Assembly (NCBI GenBank): GCA_951406725.2 | Contig: CATOCA020000016.1 | Span: 1 to 64,000, forward strand | Reading direction: 5' to 3' | From: Octopus vulgaris | Lineage: Eukaryota | Length of the DNA: 64,000 bases | Shown here: positions 25,432-39,746 of the stretch, in pieces | Position numbering within the stretch: the first letter of the stretch is position 1 | Layout of the letters: each line of letters begins with the position of its first letter | The notes under the pieces: generated by a model | The model's input: only the letters and a program-made list of their open reading frames with translations | What the model was told of the DNA's origin: nothing | Databases searched by the model: none | Made by a program: the position numbers and the translations under genes

Positions 25432-26945
25432 TTTTGATTTTGATTTTTCTAGTTTCAGCTAATGAGCTGTGGCCATGCTGGGGCACCGCCATTTGGTTTG
25501 CTACACGATTTTACCTCACGGATGCTTTTTAGCAAACGCCATCTGATGCATGAGAGAGTTCGATGCAGCTGCCCTCATCTGCACCTCCTGCCGTGAAGTT
25601 GGTTCATCCGGGAAACCTGACAGGAAGAGATCCAGTCCTACTTTAAAGACATCCGCATCTACACCATGTAGGTCCCTCAGGTTCTTCGGGAGGATATTGA
25701 AGAGCCGTGGGCCTCTGAAGCCCAGGCTATCACAATATCTTGTCCTACATCTTGATGGCAAATTTGGAGTCCTTGGTACTACGCAGTGGCGTCCGGTTCT
25801 GGCATTTGTGTGACTCTCGATGCCAAAGTCTGGGACAAGACCTTCCAGGATCTTCCAGATATATATTATGGCATATCTTTCTCGCCTACGCTCCAGGGAA
25901 TAGAGCTTTAATCTCTTGAGTCTTTCCCAGTAGCTCATATGTTGCACAGAGGCTATCTTCTTCGTGTAGCTTCGTTGGATCGCCTCAAGTTCTGTGATCA
26001 ACTTGACAGTGGATGGTGACCATAGCTGAGAGCAATAGTCAAAGTGGCTTAGGACAAGTGTCTTCCAGAGGACCATCATGGTTTCTTGTTCTCTTGTTCT
26101 GAAGGTTCTAAGAATCCAGCCAGCCAGCCGTCTACATTTCATTGTCAGTTTAGCAACATGTACATGAAAGGTCGCGTCATCACTCATGTAAATACCCAGG
26201 TCACGCACTGATTGTGCCTCCGGGATTGCAATCCCTCCAGGTCCAGTGTATTCATTGGGTATTGCTTGCAGTTTTGCATGCTGATAGTGTAAAGCTTGAA
26301 ACTTTTCAGCATTGAACTGCATGCTATTCTTTTCAGCCCACTTGTATATTTCGTCCAGCTCACATTGCAGTTGCTTAGTGTCTTCAGGGTTCTGTATTGC
26401 CTGTGAAACTTTTGTATCATCTGCATAACTTGTGATCGTGGCTCTCTGCGTGGCTGAGGGCATGTCTGAGAGGGCCATTATGAACAGTAGTGGTCCCAAA
26501 ACAGTGCCCTGTGGAACACCGCTCACTATTTGCGTGTTAATGGAAGTGGCCCCATTGGCTGCTACCACCTGACTTCTATTCTTCAGAAAGTCATGAAGCC
26601 ATTCTCCCAGTTTTCCAACTATGCCAAGATCACGCAGTTTGTGACATATCATTCCATGATCGACTTTATCGAAGGCCTTTGCAAAGTCGAGATATATGAC
26701 TTCCACATTTGAGTGGTTGAGCAGTTGTTTCAGCACCCAGTCATAGTGTTGTAGGAGCTGAGTTAAGCAGCTTCTTCCTGGTCGGAAACCATGTTGGGTG
26801 TCAGGCAGCAAGTCATTTTCTTCAAGGAAGGTGATTAGTTTCCTTCGAACTATTCGTTCCATGACCTTGCTGATGTGTGAGGTGATAGAGATAGGTCTGT
26901 AGTTCTTGGCCTCCGCTCTGCTACCTCCTTTATGAATAGGGCAAC
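25432..26945 (-). mobile_element. 5'-truncated CR1/L2-group LINE between TA-rich microsatellites
   Basis: RT ORF followed by a short 3' UTR ending gctgaaactagaaaaatcaaaatcaaaa. Confidence 0.92.
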
Positions 26946-26982
26946 TTCCTAAAGTTTTCTTGGAAGTTTGTAATATATACAT
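25516..26982 (-). CDS. Non-LTR retrotransposon reverse transcriptase (5'-truncated; homology starts ~26943)
   Basis: NYRPISITS, QHGFRPGRSC, YLDFAKAFDKVDH, SGVPQGTVLGPLLF, YADD, VRDLGI, LYSLERRRER; no stops. Confidence 0.93.
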   Translation of the reverse strand: MYILQTSKKTLGSCPIHKGGSRAEAKNYRPISITSHISKVMERIVRRKLITFLEENDLLPDTQHGFRPGRSCLTQLLQHYDWVLKQLLNHSNVEVIYLDFAKAFDKVDHGMICHKLRDLGIVGKLGEWLHDFLKNRSQVVAANGATSINTQIVSGVPQGTVLGPLLFIMALSDMPSATQRATITSYADDTKVSQAIQNPEDTKQLQCELDEIYKWAEKNSMQFNAEKFQALHYQHAKLQAIPNEYTGPGGIAIPEAQSVRDLGIYMSDDATFHVHVAKLTMKCRRLAGWILRTFRTREQETMMVLWKTLVLSHFDYCSQLWSPSTVKLITELEAIQRSYTKKIASVQHMSYWERLKRLKLYSLERRRERYAIIYIWKILEGLVPDFGIESHTNARTGRHCVVPRTPNLPSRCRTRYCDSLGFRGPRLFNILPKNLRDLHGVDADVFKVGLDLFLSGFPDEPTSRQEVQMRAAASNSLMHQMAFAKKHP

Positions 26983-27241
26983 ATTAATATATATATGAAT
27001 ATATATATATATTCAAATATATATATATCTATTCATTACATGTATATATATATATTAATATGTATATATATGAATATATACATATATATGTGTATATTTG
27101 AGTAATTGAATGAATTATCTTATTAAGGATGATTCGAAAGATAACCGATACCTCGGTAGCAAATTCACATCAGAAAAAACACGGTTGAAGCTACGTCCCT
27201 AGGGCATAGACTACGTGTCTTCGTGCGGAAATTTGTACGTT

Positions 27242-27382
27242 TATTTTAAAATTACAAGTATATGAAAGAATGGAGTTGAACGACTAGTTAACAAATATCT
27301 CACCTCGCCCGACGGGCGAGGTGAGATATTTGTTAACTAGTCGTTCAACTCCATTCTTTCATATACTTTTAATTTTAAAATA
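27242..27382. repeat. Palindrome with 70-bp arms and a 1-nt loop at the end of a TA-flanked insert (27100-27382)
   Basis: 27242-27311 versus 27313-27382, one mismatch. Confidence 0.95.
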
Positions 27383-27387
27383 TATGT

Positions 27388-27435
<48 letters not shown>

Positions 27436-27452
27436 GTACCTGAAAGTTATAT

Positions 27453-27528
<76 letters not shown>

Positions 27529-27616
27529 ATATATATACATATGAATATATAAATATATCTATTATATATGAATATATAAATATATACATTATATATTATA
27601 TAAATATAACATACAT

Positions 27617-27651
<35 letters not shown>

Positions 27652-27688
27652 GTGTATATATATATACATATTATATATATGTACATAT

Positions 27689-27770
<82 letters not shown>

Positions 27771-28261
27771 ACTTTCAGGTACGTATCGGGTGAAACTAAC
27801 ACAAAATCACATAAAATGAAGCCTCCAGATTTCCCTCTAATCCTGCATCAAGCACACGCATTCATATACGTATAGGCATGCAAAGAAAAAGACAAAACAC
27901 AAACATACTTCCATACTTTATCTATGCATCTATACAGACACACAAACACATTTCAAATTCACATTTGCACATTGCTGTTGGGATGTAATATGATTTTGAC
28001 CAACGGCTAAGAGAAGAAATATTGCCCTATCTTGTAACACTTGCGAGAATAGATAAGTGGACGGATTGTGAGTTTATTTGTAAAGCTATAGCTATCATCT
28101 TAACTCCTGTGAACCTAACTGACATGAGAATGGTAATAAAAAATTGACTAAAAGAATATGAAATATGCTATCAATTTCTAATCCAGTCATGTAAATAAAT
28201 AAATAAGACATTGAAGAGTGTTTGCGAGACAGAACACCAATATGTATACGATTTATACATA

Positions 28262-28305
<44 letters not shown>

Positions 28306-28385
28306 TATATACATGCATTGACGTAGGTGTACACATGTAATAAGATCTTATATGTATGTATATATAAATAAATGTGTATGTGTTA

Positions 28386-28427
<42 letters not shown>

Positions 28428-28449
28428 ATTATATACATGCATATATGAA

Positions 28450-28920
28450 TCCAACAACCAAATTGCAACTGACATCTACTACAAACCAACAGACTCAAAA
28501 CAATATCTCCTTTTCTGTTCATGCCATCCTAAACACACCAAAATAAATATCCCATTCAATCTAGCAAAAAGGATCTGTTCAATTGTATCTGGCACAACCA
28601 CTTGGGAATTTTGCCTACAAGACCTCAAAACAACACTCATTGAACGTCATTACCCACCCGCACTTATAGACCATGGAATCAAACGTGCCAAGAAAATGGA
28701 CACAAACACACTAAGGACAACAAAACACAACACCACACCTCACTTTAAATCACTCTCATACATATCTACCCACAACCCCAGAAACAATGAAGCATGCAAC
28801 ACAATTATACAAAATCTCCCTCTGCTCACCCAAGACCTGAAAATGAGCAACATCCTAAATACACAAACTCCTCAAATACTAAAAGCAACAACAGTCACTC
28901 AAAAGGCCCCTAAAAATGCA
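28450..28920 (+). pseudogene. Penelope-like RT C-terminal (thumb/linker) fragment
   Basis: TDIYYKPTDSKQYLLFCSCHPKHTKINIPFNLAKRICSIVS...LIERHYP, a typical PLE motif series. Confidence 0.85.
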
Positions 28921-28944
28921 AAATAATAATAATAATAGAACACC

Positions 28945-29250
28945 AAGACAGATACAGAGCACTGGTGGCTATGGATGAACAGGAGCGACCTGAAGATAGA
29001 GACAGAAGCACTCATATGCGCAGCTCGGGAACAAGCGTTAAGGACTAATTATATGAAGTGCAGAATTGACAACACTACCGATAGCGACAAATGCAGAATG
29101 TGTGATGAGAGGGGTGAAACTGTATGGCATATCGTTAGTGAATACCCGAAATTTGCACAACGCTAATACAAACGACGCCATGACAGTGTGACAAGAATGA
29201 TCCATTGGGAGCTCTGTGGGAATCACGGCCTACAAGAGCAAAGACGTGGT
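28945..29250 (+). pseudogene. R4/Dong-like non-LTR fragment (zinc knuckle, RHD motif)
   Basis: LKIETEALICAAREQALRTN...KCRMCDERGETVWHIVSE...YKRRHDSV...IHWELC; preceded by (TAA)n. Confidence 0.8.
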
Positions 29251-29291
29251 CTGAACATAGCCACCGGTGCTCTGTATCTGTCTTGGTGTTC

Positions 29292-29363
<72 letters not shown>

Positions 29364-29369
29364 CATCAA

Positions 29370-29444
<75 letters not shown>

Positions 29445-29493
29445 CATCATCAATATTATTATTATTATTATCATCATCAATATTATTATTATT

Positions 29494-29528
<35 letters not shown>

Positions 29529-29547
29529 ATCATCATCATCATCATCA

Positions 29548-29608
<61 letters not shown>

Positions 29609-29611
29609 CAT

Positions 29612-29702
<91 letters not shown>
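29292..29702. repeat. Compound (ATT)n/(ATC)n/(ACT)n microsatellite
   Basis: Direct inspection. Confidence 0.95.
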
Positions 29703-31900
29703 GAGTGAGAGAGCAGTGCATGCCATCAAAGTGATACTGGGGTACAAATATACGAAGCCCAGTATACCAATCATGACTACCCGTCTGATAAGAGTACACT
29801 AGGCACATGCATCACAACCATATATGCGCGACATGGTGATCTCATATCAAGATAAACAGCACATAACCTTGCAGATGGGGCCCAGTTAGAATTTTCTTCT
29901 GGTCGAGTAACCCATCCCGCTCAAAAGGTCCCTGAATAAGGGTTGCTTAAAGAGTATAGTGAAAAAAATAGATTCCCTCTCTTATGCTAAGCGATACAAA
30001 ATGGTGAAGTTGAGGGCTTTCTCGGAATCAAGGGTGAGGTGGTACTCCACTGTCGTTGTAGGAGTGAGGATTTAGCCCTCGTTCGCACTTACGTGAACGA
30101 GTAAGTAACGGTAACGGTGAGGGATTTGTCATCAGAAATCTGATAGCTGTCAGAAGTATTGGTAGCAAAAGGAGAATAGAAGATCCTGAAAATAAAGAGG
30201 CTCTGTCTGAAAAGCTAGTCGGAGGCATTGAAATACAAATGCGGAAAACACAAAAAACATGGGGGAAGTATCGACTATATAATAACTGTTTAACGAGGTA
30301 CGGTGATGAAGGCCCACTTGATACATTTTATACAAAATAAAACAAAAGAGTCACCATGATTTCAATCCAAAACAGCTGCAACTAACACCAAATCCATAGC
30401 CTAGAGATTAAAGAGGAATGTTTGTTCTTTATAAACTACACAAGCATTATCACGGATGTGTCTCTGATCATCTCTCTGACGATGGTGGAGAGTCAGTGAG
30501 GATATAGGCAGAATTCATGCTAGGGAAGACCAAACACGTCGATCCAAACTCGTAGACTTAGAAGTTGGCGTACGAAAATCGCAGGAGATGACAGGGAACC
30601 CACAGGCACCTACAATAACATCAACTTGAACAACTCAAGGAAAGTGCCTTTATGCTTTAATGTGGTTGCTTGCCCTGCATGAAATAGCAGTCAAATCTTC
30701 CTCAAACAACTTTTAAGCATCTTGAGAAAGGAAAGGACTCGTTTGATGTACACATTCATAAAAACAGAATATATTTGGGTGGAGTCAATTACAACTACGA
30801 GAAACACTGCAACCACAACCACAAAAAATGCTACAACCGGAACGGAAACAGCAAGAGGAAGACCACGATCACAACTAAGACAAAAACATAATAAAAAAAT
30901 TAAACAGCTACAACAAGAATAAGAACAATTTGCGAAAGTCTTTATCGTCACGACATCAAACACATATCCCTCAACTATACCTCTCAGTGATAGTGTGCGA
31001 CTTGAACGGCATCTTCGACGTATATTCTGAATGGGAGCAGCTGATAGGAAAAGGATGGAAAGCCTCACAACCCTCTCATAAAATTCCGATTGTATGATAG
31101 GTACCAGATGGATTTCCTTCGTGTACCAATGTGAACAAAAAAGTCCGCACCAAGCTATCCAGATAATATCCAGAGAGTGTTTTTGTAAAGCCAGTGGGTT
31201 ACGATGGTATATATTATAATAATTTGATATAGTTTGACATTACAATTTTATAATCTGCATACTGGACGTAGATAGGCACAGGGTTGAGGAGCTGGATACT
31301 AGAATCTGAGTGGATCGTCCTCGGAGGAAAAACTTTAGAGAGTCCAGATAGATTAGGATAGATTTGCTGTTGGTGAGTTCCAACTATCGGTAGTCGTTCT
31401 CTTGAGTAGAATTGATTAGGTTTAGCCAAGTGTAGCAATAGAAATCTAGCAGGATAGGTAGTAAGCACATGAGGAAAGGTATTACAACTGACGTGCTAAT
31501 CGCAAAAATAGCATAAAGACCAATTCATTGGCGAAAGACAAGGAGGTGGAGCTATCCCAGGTAAGGCGAGTATTTATAGGTACGAGGGAGTAATAGTCCG
31601 CGTGGAAGAAGTATGAAGTACAACAAATCTCAGATTCGGTTTTTTCCAGATTATGGTGGTCGACTGCTATCCGGTATTAGCACGGATTTCAGCCGTGCAA
31701 CTGTCTGCGGCAGTTTCGACTACATGACCTGCTTTGATCAATATAAATAGTCAGAGCTTTTACAAGTGCTCAGTGGAAATAACCTCAATTGCTTCCATTC
31801 ACAAGATTATTCGATTGATCACTCGCGTAATTCATGTTTATGTGAAACTCCGAGTAACAATGCAGAGAATCAACTGTTGTGCGTGTCTTGCGTATACATG

Positions 31901-32038
<138 letters not shown>

Positions 32039-32551
32039 ATCTATAGATATGTGTTTGTGTTTGCATAAATGTATATGCATATACATATATATGTGAATAA
32101 ATGTATGCATATATACGCACATATACATGCATATATATATATGGTGTATGTGTATGGGCTGTTCCTTAAACAGTAAGGTTTATCACTATGATTAATTATC
32201 ATTACCTATAGCCGTACAACATGTACGTGTGTTGGTATAAACTGAATTCTCACCGATTCCTCGTTACAGACGTTTATAAAGCTATTCATTATTCATATCA
32301 CGGTAACATTCTATAACCTTAGCCTGATAAAAGGTCAGAGTTGCTGCAAACCAAGTCTATTATTTAGGCTTCTGAATTCTATATTTATTTTCACCGATAG
32401 CTGTTGTATTCACAGCATACTATCACTGTTTGCAATGTTTGAGAATTCGTCTATGGGGATATATGGCCGACCAGCTATTGTGTAGAATATGTATGTATGT
32501 ATGTGTGTATGTATGTATGTATGTATGTATGTATGTACGTATGTATATATA

Positions 32552-32582
<31 letters not shown>

Positions 32583-32689
32583 GTATACTTATATATATAC
32601 GCCCACACACATGTATATATATATATATATAATATACTCACACACATATATATGTATATATATGCATATGTATATGTATGAGTGTGTAT

Positions 32690-32751
<62 letters not shown>

Positions 32752-33047
32752 TCACACATATGAGTGTGTGTGCATGCATAACACATATAGCTTTATATAG
32801 ATTTGTGTATGTATATATATCTTTCTGATTTTCTTTTTCTACTACCTCCTTCCTTCTCTTCTCTATCTATCTATTTATCTCTCTCTCTCTCTATCTATCT
32901 GTCTATCTATCTACATATAAATTTACATGAGTATCTTTTATACATAAAGGCTCATACATACATGTATATATGTTCGTATAAATTCATACGAATTAGCTAT
33001 ATGTATATACGCATTTAGTCTCTGATTGTATCTTCTCCCGTCTCACT

Positions 33048-33094
<47 letters not shown>

Positions 33095-33482
33095 TATATC
33101 TGTATATATTTATGTGTGTGTGTAATATAAATATATATATACATGCGTGTGTATGAATATATATATATGACACGATATGCATTTATATACATACGTATAC
33201 ATATGTTTCAATTTATTAATGCGTGTGTGTGCTTCCATATGTGTCACGTGTGTATGTACATAATCAGTACGAAGCAGACGACATATTGATCTTTCTGACC
33301 GAGTATTGGAACAACTTAATATCTCATGTCTGAAAGTATTATCAGTAAAACTTTATATTCTCTGAATTTTGTCGGCAGTATTTAAGACATACTTTGCGCC
33401 TTTACTTGCAATCAATGCTTTTGTATCTTATATAATTCTTCCAACACTCCTTTTCCTCTTTGTATTTATCTTCAACATTGTA

Positions 33483-33544
<62 letters not shown>

Positions 33545-33591
33545 CATTCTTCTTCTTACTGTTGTCGTTGTTGTTGATATTATTATTATTA

Positions 33592-33625
<34 letters not shown>

Positions 33626-33633
33626 CATCATCA

Positions 33634-33714
<81 letters not shown>

Positions 33715-34027
33715 TTTAATTCTTACATTCTTTCATCATGGAATACATGCTAACTTATTGCTTGCGAAAATTTTTTGAGCCGGTTATTTGTTAGATGTTA
33801 GGAAAAAGAAAACAAATTCGGAGAAATGTTTTTAAAACGGAAATCTAACATGAAAACAATCTTTCAGCGCCATATATATATGTATAAACAGACATACATA
33901 CATGCATGCATACATACATACGTACATACATACATATATAGCTATATGTATATATATATGCATAAGCATATATATATGAATATATATGTATATATATATA
34001 TATATATATATTTGAATATATATATAT

Positions 34028-34086
<59 letters not shown>

Positions 34087-34721
34087 CATATATACATATA
34101 TATATATACACACATACAAGCACACACACACACGTACGCACACAGATATACGCACACACACATACAATATTCATTTATAATGGTAAGGTAGCCTCTTTCT
34201 AGAATATTGTATTTGTTCTGAAAACATTACTGATTTCTTTGAATGTTAAGTGTTACTTGCTTAAGACTTTGACGCATTCAGGTCCAACTGAGTGATTTTC
34301 AAGAAAGCAAAGTAGGAAAGGAAAAGATTTTAAAAGGTAATAAAGTGAGCTTATGTGTATAAAAATGCTAGTTTGTAAACAAGAAAAATATAATTACGTA
34401 TGCATATTTTTATATTTATATATATTTATATATATGCACATACATATACAAGAAAATATCCTCACATACGTATAAAAAAAGGATGATATATATATATGTA
34501 TGTATATATATATGCATATATATGTATATATATTTTTCTATATATGTATATAAATGTAAGTATATGTATATATATATATATCTATATGTATATATGTCTA
34601 TGTATATATGTATATATGTGTATGTGTATAAGTATATGTGCATATGCATATATATGTATATGTACGTATATATATATATATATATATGAATATATATGTA
34701 TATATATGTATACATATGTAT

Positions 34722-34752
<31 letters not shown>

Positions 34753-35286
34753 CAAACATTTTATAAATATATATACGTATGTTTGTACGTATATATATAT
34801 GTATATATATATATATATATTTAAATATATATATGCATTTATCATATACATATGTGTGTGTGTGTGTCTGTATGTCTGTGTGCGCGTGCGTGCGTGTGTG
34901 TGTATGTACATACTCTTTTACGTTTGGGAGGGTATGTAAAATCGGTGTTTTTTGCATAAACCTTTTTTAACGGATGCACACACACACAGACACACAGACA
35001 GACACATACACACATAGATACACAGGCACACACACATACAAGTAGACATACATGTATGCATAGCCATGTATGCGTACGGACTTATCCGTGTGTATGCTTT
35101 TATGCGAGTCAAGTTTTATTCGAAGGGAAGTATAAATATGATAAAAACCCTTTATAGACACAGAAAAATATATTTAAGGGCAAATACTTTCAAGTTAAGA
35201 AGAAAATCGAAAACAGGGTGCAAGCCTCTCGACAGTCGGAAGCATAAATGAATAAATAAAAATATTAATAGACAAATATGTGTATG

Positions 35287-35364
<78 letters not shown>

Positions 35365-35365
<1 letters not shown>

Positions 35366-35432
35366 GGCGGTGCCCCAGCATGGCCACAGCTCGTGAGCTG
35401 AAACTAGATAAAATAAAAAAGAAATAAAATAA
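35365..35432 (+). mobile_element. Extreme 3' tip of the CR1/L2-group LINE in (TA)n
   Basis: ggcggtgccccagcatggccacagctcgtgagctgaaactaga matches the reverse complement of 25448-25490. Confidence 0.85.
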
Positions 35433-36068
35433 AAGAATATATATACATATATATATAGATAGATGGATACATAGATAGATAGATAGATAGACTAAGTGAC
35501 AAAGATAAATAGATGGGCAAGTAAATGGATAGATTATTTCAGTTAGATAGATCGAAAGACAGATTGATACAAAGATAGATAAATAGATAGATAGACAGAT
35601 ATATATATATGTATAAAGAGAGAGAGAGACAGAGAGAGAAAGTTGAAGTCGAAGAATATAGGGAAGAATATAAGGGAGAACTAGAATGGCAAATAGTCAG
35701 AGAAAATACCATGGGGAAATAAGAAGTCAGAAAAGATGAAGGAAAGGAGGAGTGATGGCAAAAAGTGCAGTTTAAATAATAAAAAAAAAACTGGGTAAGT
35801 GCTAAAATGTCGTTGCAGTTCTTTCGCCATTACCTTTATATATCAATATTTCACCATAGAAGGCATGCAATACTTACATGGCCATGTGTGTGTGTGTGTG
35901 TGTGTGTGTCTGTGTGTGTGTGTGTGTGTAAGTGTGTGTGTGTGTATGTGTATACGTATGTACCCACATATATTCGTATATTCATACATACACACATGCA
36001 CGAACACATACATATATGTATACACACTTACATACACACACATTGATATATATATATACATATATGAA

Positions 36069-36118
<50 letters not shown>

Positions 36119-36929
36119 AGCACATATATATACAGAGAAGCCATTTTTTTGTTCTTTATTCTAAAGTTTTTTCTTCAGCATATATCAGTGCTGCTATATT
36201 GTTTTTTCTTTCCCTTTCTTTCTTTCTTTCTTTATTTCTTTATTTCTTTCTTTCTTTCTTTCGTTCGTTCTTTCTTTCCTTCTTTCTTTCTTTCTTTCTT
36301 TCTTTCTCTTTTCTTTCTTTCTTTCTCCTTGTAATTGTATTTACTTAGGTGCACAAAAAAACTGTTATCAGCAGCGTTTATTCTTTTCTCCACCAGATAT
36401 TTTCATTCCTTCACTCCTTCATTCCTTCCTTCATTCATTTATTCATTCCGTTATTTCCTCCTTCCTTCCTTCATTCCTCCATTCCGCCATTTATTTATCT
36501 ATCTATTTATTTATTTATTTATTTATTTATTTATTTTAATTTATATTTTATTTCATGTAAGCTTGGTATTCAATTCTCTCCCGTCGCTGTGAATTCGATC
36601 TGCTTAAGCACATCTTTCAAGCATCAGATCTTTTTCTTTTGGCATTTTTTTGCATGTTTTTGTAATGTTTTTATACCATGTAATTTCATGTATATTTTTT
36701 TTCCCAACTTCTACCACTCAAGCCTGTCACTCAGCTCACAGAGATGTTTATAACGTGATTTATAACCTTCGTTGTCATTCCGAGCGTCGATCGTTCAATC
36801 TCCATCAGATTAAAAACTATATATATATATATATATATATAATGTATATCTATATATATATATACATTTATATATATATACACAAGTACATATACTTATG
36901 CATAAATATACATATATATATGTATGTAT

Positions 36930-36962
<33 letters not shown>

Positions 36963-37490
36963 TTATGTATGTATGTATGTGTACACACATACATGTACGT
37001 ATTGAATGTATTGTTTTGGTTAGATTTATTTCTTTATATTTTTGTTTCCTTTACAGTTTTTATTTTTCTTCCCTCTCCCACTTTCAGAATAGAATAAGAA
37101 GACATTTTATGTGTCGACAAGATGCCCTAAGTGACTATAAGTCGCAATAAAAAACAAGGAGGCTTTTAATTTATTTTATTATTATTTTATATATATATAT
37201 ACATATATATATTATATATATATGTATATATATACATGTTATTTTACCTCTGTCAAAACAAACAATATATTTGGCCAGTACAATACATCTTGGCAAATTT
37301 TCGTCATAACTCTGTTTCGATAAACAGCTTGCATAAGACCAGAATATATCTGTCTTTTGATGTCTCTATGCCTGCATGTTATCTTTTAGTTGTATATGTC
37401 TTGTACACTCCACATATACTCACATACAAGCATACAAATATCTACAGCGATATACGTGCGAGTAATCTATATATATGTATATATACATAA

Positions 37491-37583
<93 letters not shown>

Positions 37584-37810
37584 CACATATGTATTTATAA
37601 ATGTATGCATATATATATATGTGTGTATGCGAATTTATACATGCATACATACACTTACACACAAATATACAACTGCGTACATGGGTGCACCAGATATCTC
37701 CATGTTTATGGATATGCAAATATGCATTTGCTCGTGTACATGTAAACATCCACGCATACACACACACACATACAAACACATACACATATGTATACATATA
37801 TATGTGTGTG

Positions 37811-37893
<83 letters not shown>

Positions 37894-38194
37894 ATAAACA
37901 TATACTTAGGAGTTATTGTTTAAGAAAATGACAAAACGCAACGACTTTGCTAAACGAAAAGCACGAGTCTGTGTTACCCTAATTACTTTTCTGGGTTATG
38001 ATAAACATTTGTAGATCAAAAGTCGAATAAGGACTGTAAAGCGCAAAGCAAGTAACCTAAACGATGCAAGATCATTCTCTAAAATGTGAGATAGTGTATA
38101 TTAATGTTTATACATACATTTTAATATACCATATTTACTGGTATTTAAGGTGCATTTTGATTTTGGCGATCCTTTTCTTGAATCCCCAATTACA

Positions 38195-38510
38195 AGGCGT
38201 GTAGCCAAGCGGTTAGGGTATTCGTATCCCAATCGAAAGGCCATGAATTCGATTGCCGACGGTGCGTTGTCTTGGGCCAAGGCACTTTATTTTACGTTGC
38301 TACGGTCCACTCAGCTGGCAAAAATGAGTAGTACCTGTATTTCAAAGGGCCAACTCAGTCACATTGTGACATGTTGTATCTTCCTGAGAACTATGTTAAG
38401 GGTACTCATGTTTGCGGAGTGCTCAGCTACTTGCACGTTAATTTTACGAGCAAGCTGTTCTGTTGATCGAATCAGCTAGATCCCGCGTCGCCGTATCCAA
38501 TGGAGTGTTA
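38195..38510 (+). mobile_element. SINE family C
   Basis: Colinear with the reverse complement of 17434-17757. Confidence 0.8.
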
Positions 38511-38519
38511 GTAGCTTTT

Positions 38520-39070
38520 AAACTCTGACTCGGGTCGTCTTTGACATTCATTCCAATTGAGTCGATAAAAGAAAGTACCAGAGAAATACTAGGGTTGATG
38601 CTAAACTGTCATCTCCCAAGAAATTTCTGGCCTTGCACCTTATTTAGAAAGGAGGTTTGAAGGGAATATGCGAGTGTCAGATAAAATGCCTTGCTGTATT
38701 TATTTTGGCATTTTAGAATCTGAGTTCAAAAGTTGCCAAGATCTTGATATTTCATCCATCTATGGTCGATAAAATAAGGTAGCCGTCAAGCCCGAAAATT
38801 TCTGACTTTGTGCCTGAGTTAGAAACTATTGATCTTTTGATGTTGTCGTTGTAGTAGTAGTAGGTCAGTGGACTGGCAGAATCAGTAGAGCATCGGGAAA
38901 ATGATTTGCCTTTTGTTGCATCGTTCGAAGATCTGTATTGGAATGCCAACGCGCTTGTCATTTATCCCATCGGGCTTTATAAAATATGTACCCGTGGTGT
39001 ACTGGGACGATGTTATAGACATTGCTTCACCATTCCCTAAATATGTGGCCATGTGCCGAGGCCCAAAGCC
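38520..39070 (+). mobile_element. Cluster of degenerate SINE family B copies
   Basis: Recurrent ttcatcc...gtcgataaaa..agtacc and aaatttctggccttg motifs. Confidence 0.6.
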
Positions 39071-39340
39071 AGTAATTTCAGCTAAATTATCTGTTACTTA
39101 ACAATTTGTATTTTATAACATTCTATTTTCAGACATTTTAAAAGAAAGTCTTTGGCGTTTTATCTTGGACTATTCCAATATTTGTAACTTTGTCAACAAA
39201 GGGATGAGTGATATAGAATGCTCTTTATAACTGGGAGTTAAAATATACATAAACCTGTATATATCTGTGTGTATATGCACAGCCACAAACACGTACACAA
39301 ATATGTACACAAATATCAGAAATGTCAAAATTATTTATAT

Positions 39341-39746
39341 GCGCAGAAGTAGAATAAGTAGCTTGCTTACCAACCACATGGTTTCGGGTTCATTCCCATT
39401 GCGTGGCACCTTGGGCAAGTGTCTTCTACTATAGTCTCGGGCCGACCAAAGCTTTGTGATTGGATTTGGTAGACGGAAACTGAAAGAAGCCCGTCGTATA
39501 TATGTATATATATGTATATGTATGTGTATGTATATGTTTGTGTGTCTGTGTTTGTACCCCCAACATCGCTTGACAACCGATTGTGGTGTGTTTACGCCCC
39601 GTAACTTAGCGCTTCGGCAAAAGAAACCGATAGAATAAGTACTAGGCTTCCAAAGAATAAATCCCGGGAGTCGATTTGCTCGACTAAAGGCGGTGCTCCA
39701 GCATGGCCGCAGTCAAATGACTGAAACAAGTAAAAGAGTAAAAGAG
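39341..39746 (+). mobile_element. SINE family A
   Basis: Colinear with the other copies. Confidence 0.9.

Noticed and set aside
27140-27180. Minus-strand ctgatgt-gaa..ttc-gaat as an HHR
   Set aside because: Two core mismatches and no convincing stems I or III
36755-36815. Minus-strand ctgatg-gag..ctc-ggaa as an HHR
   Set aside because: Core errors and stem I does not pair
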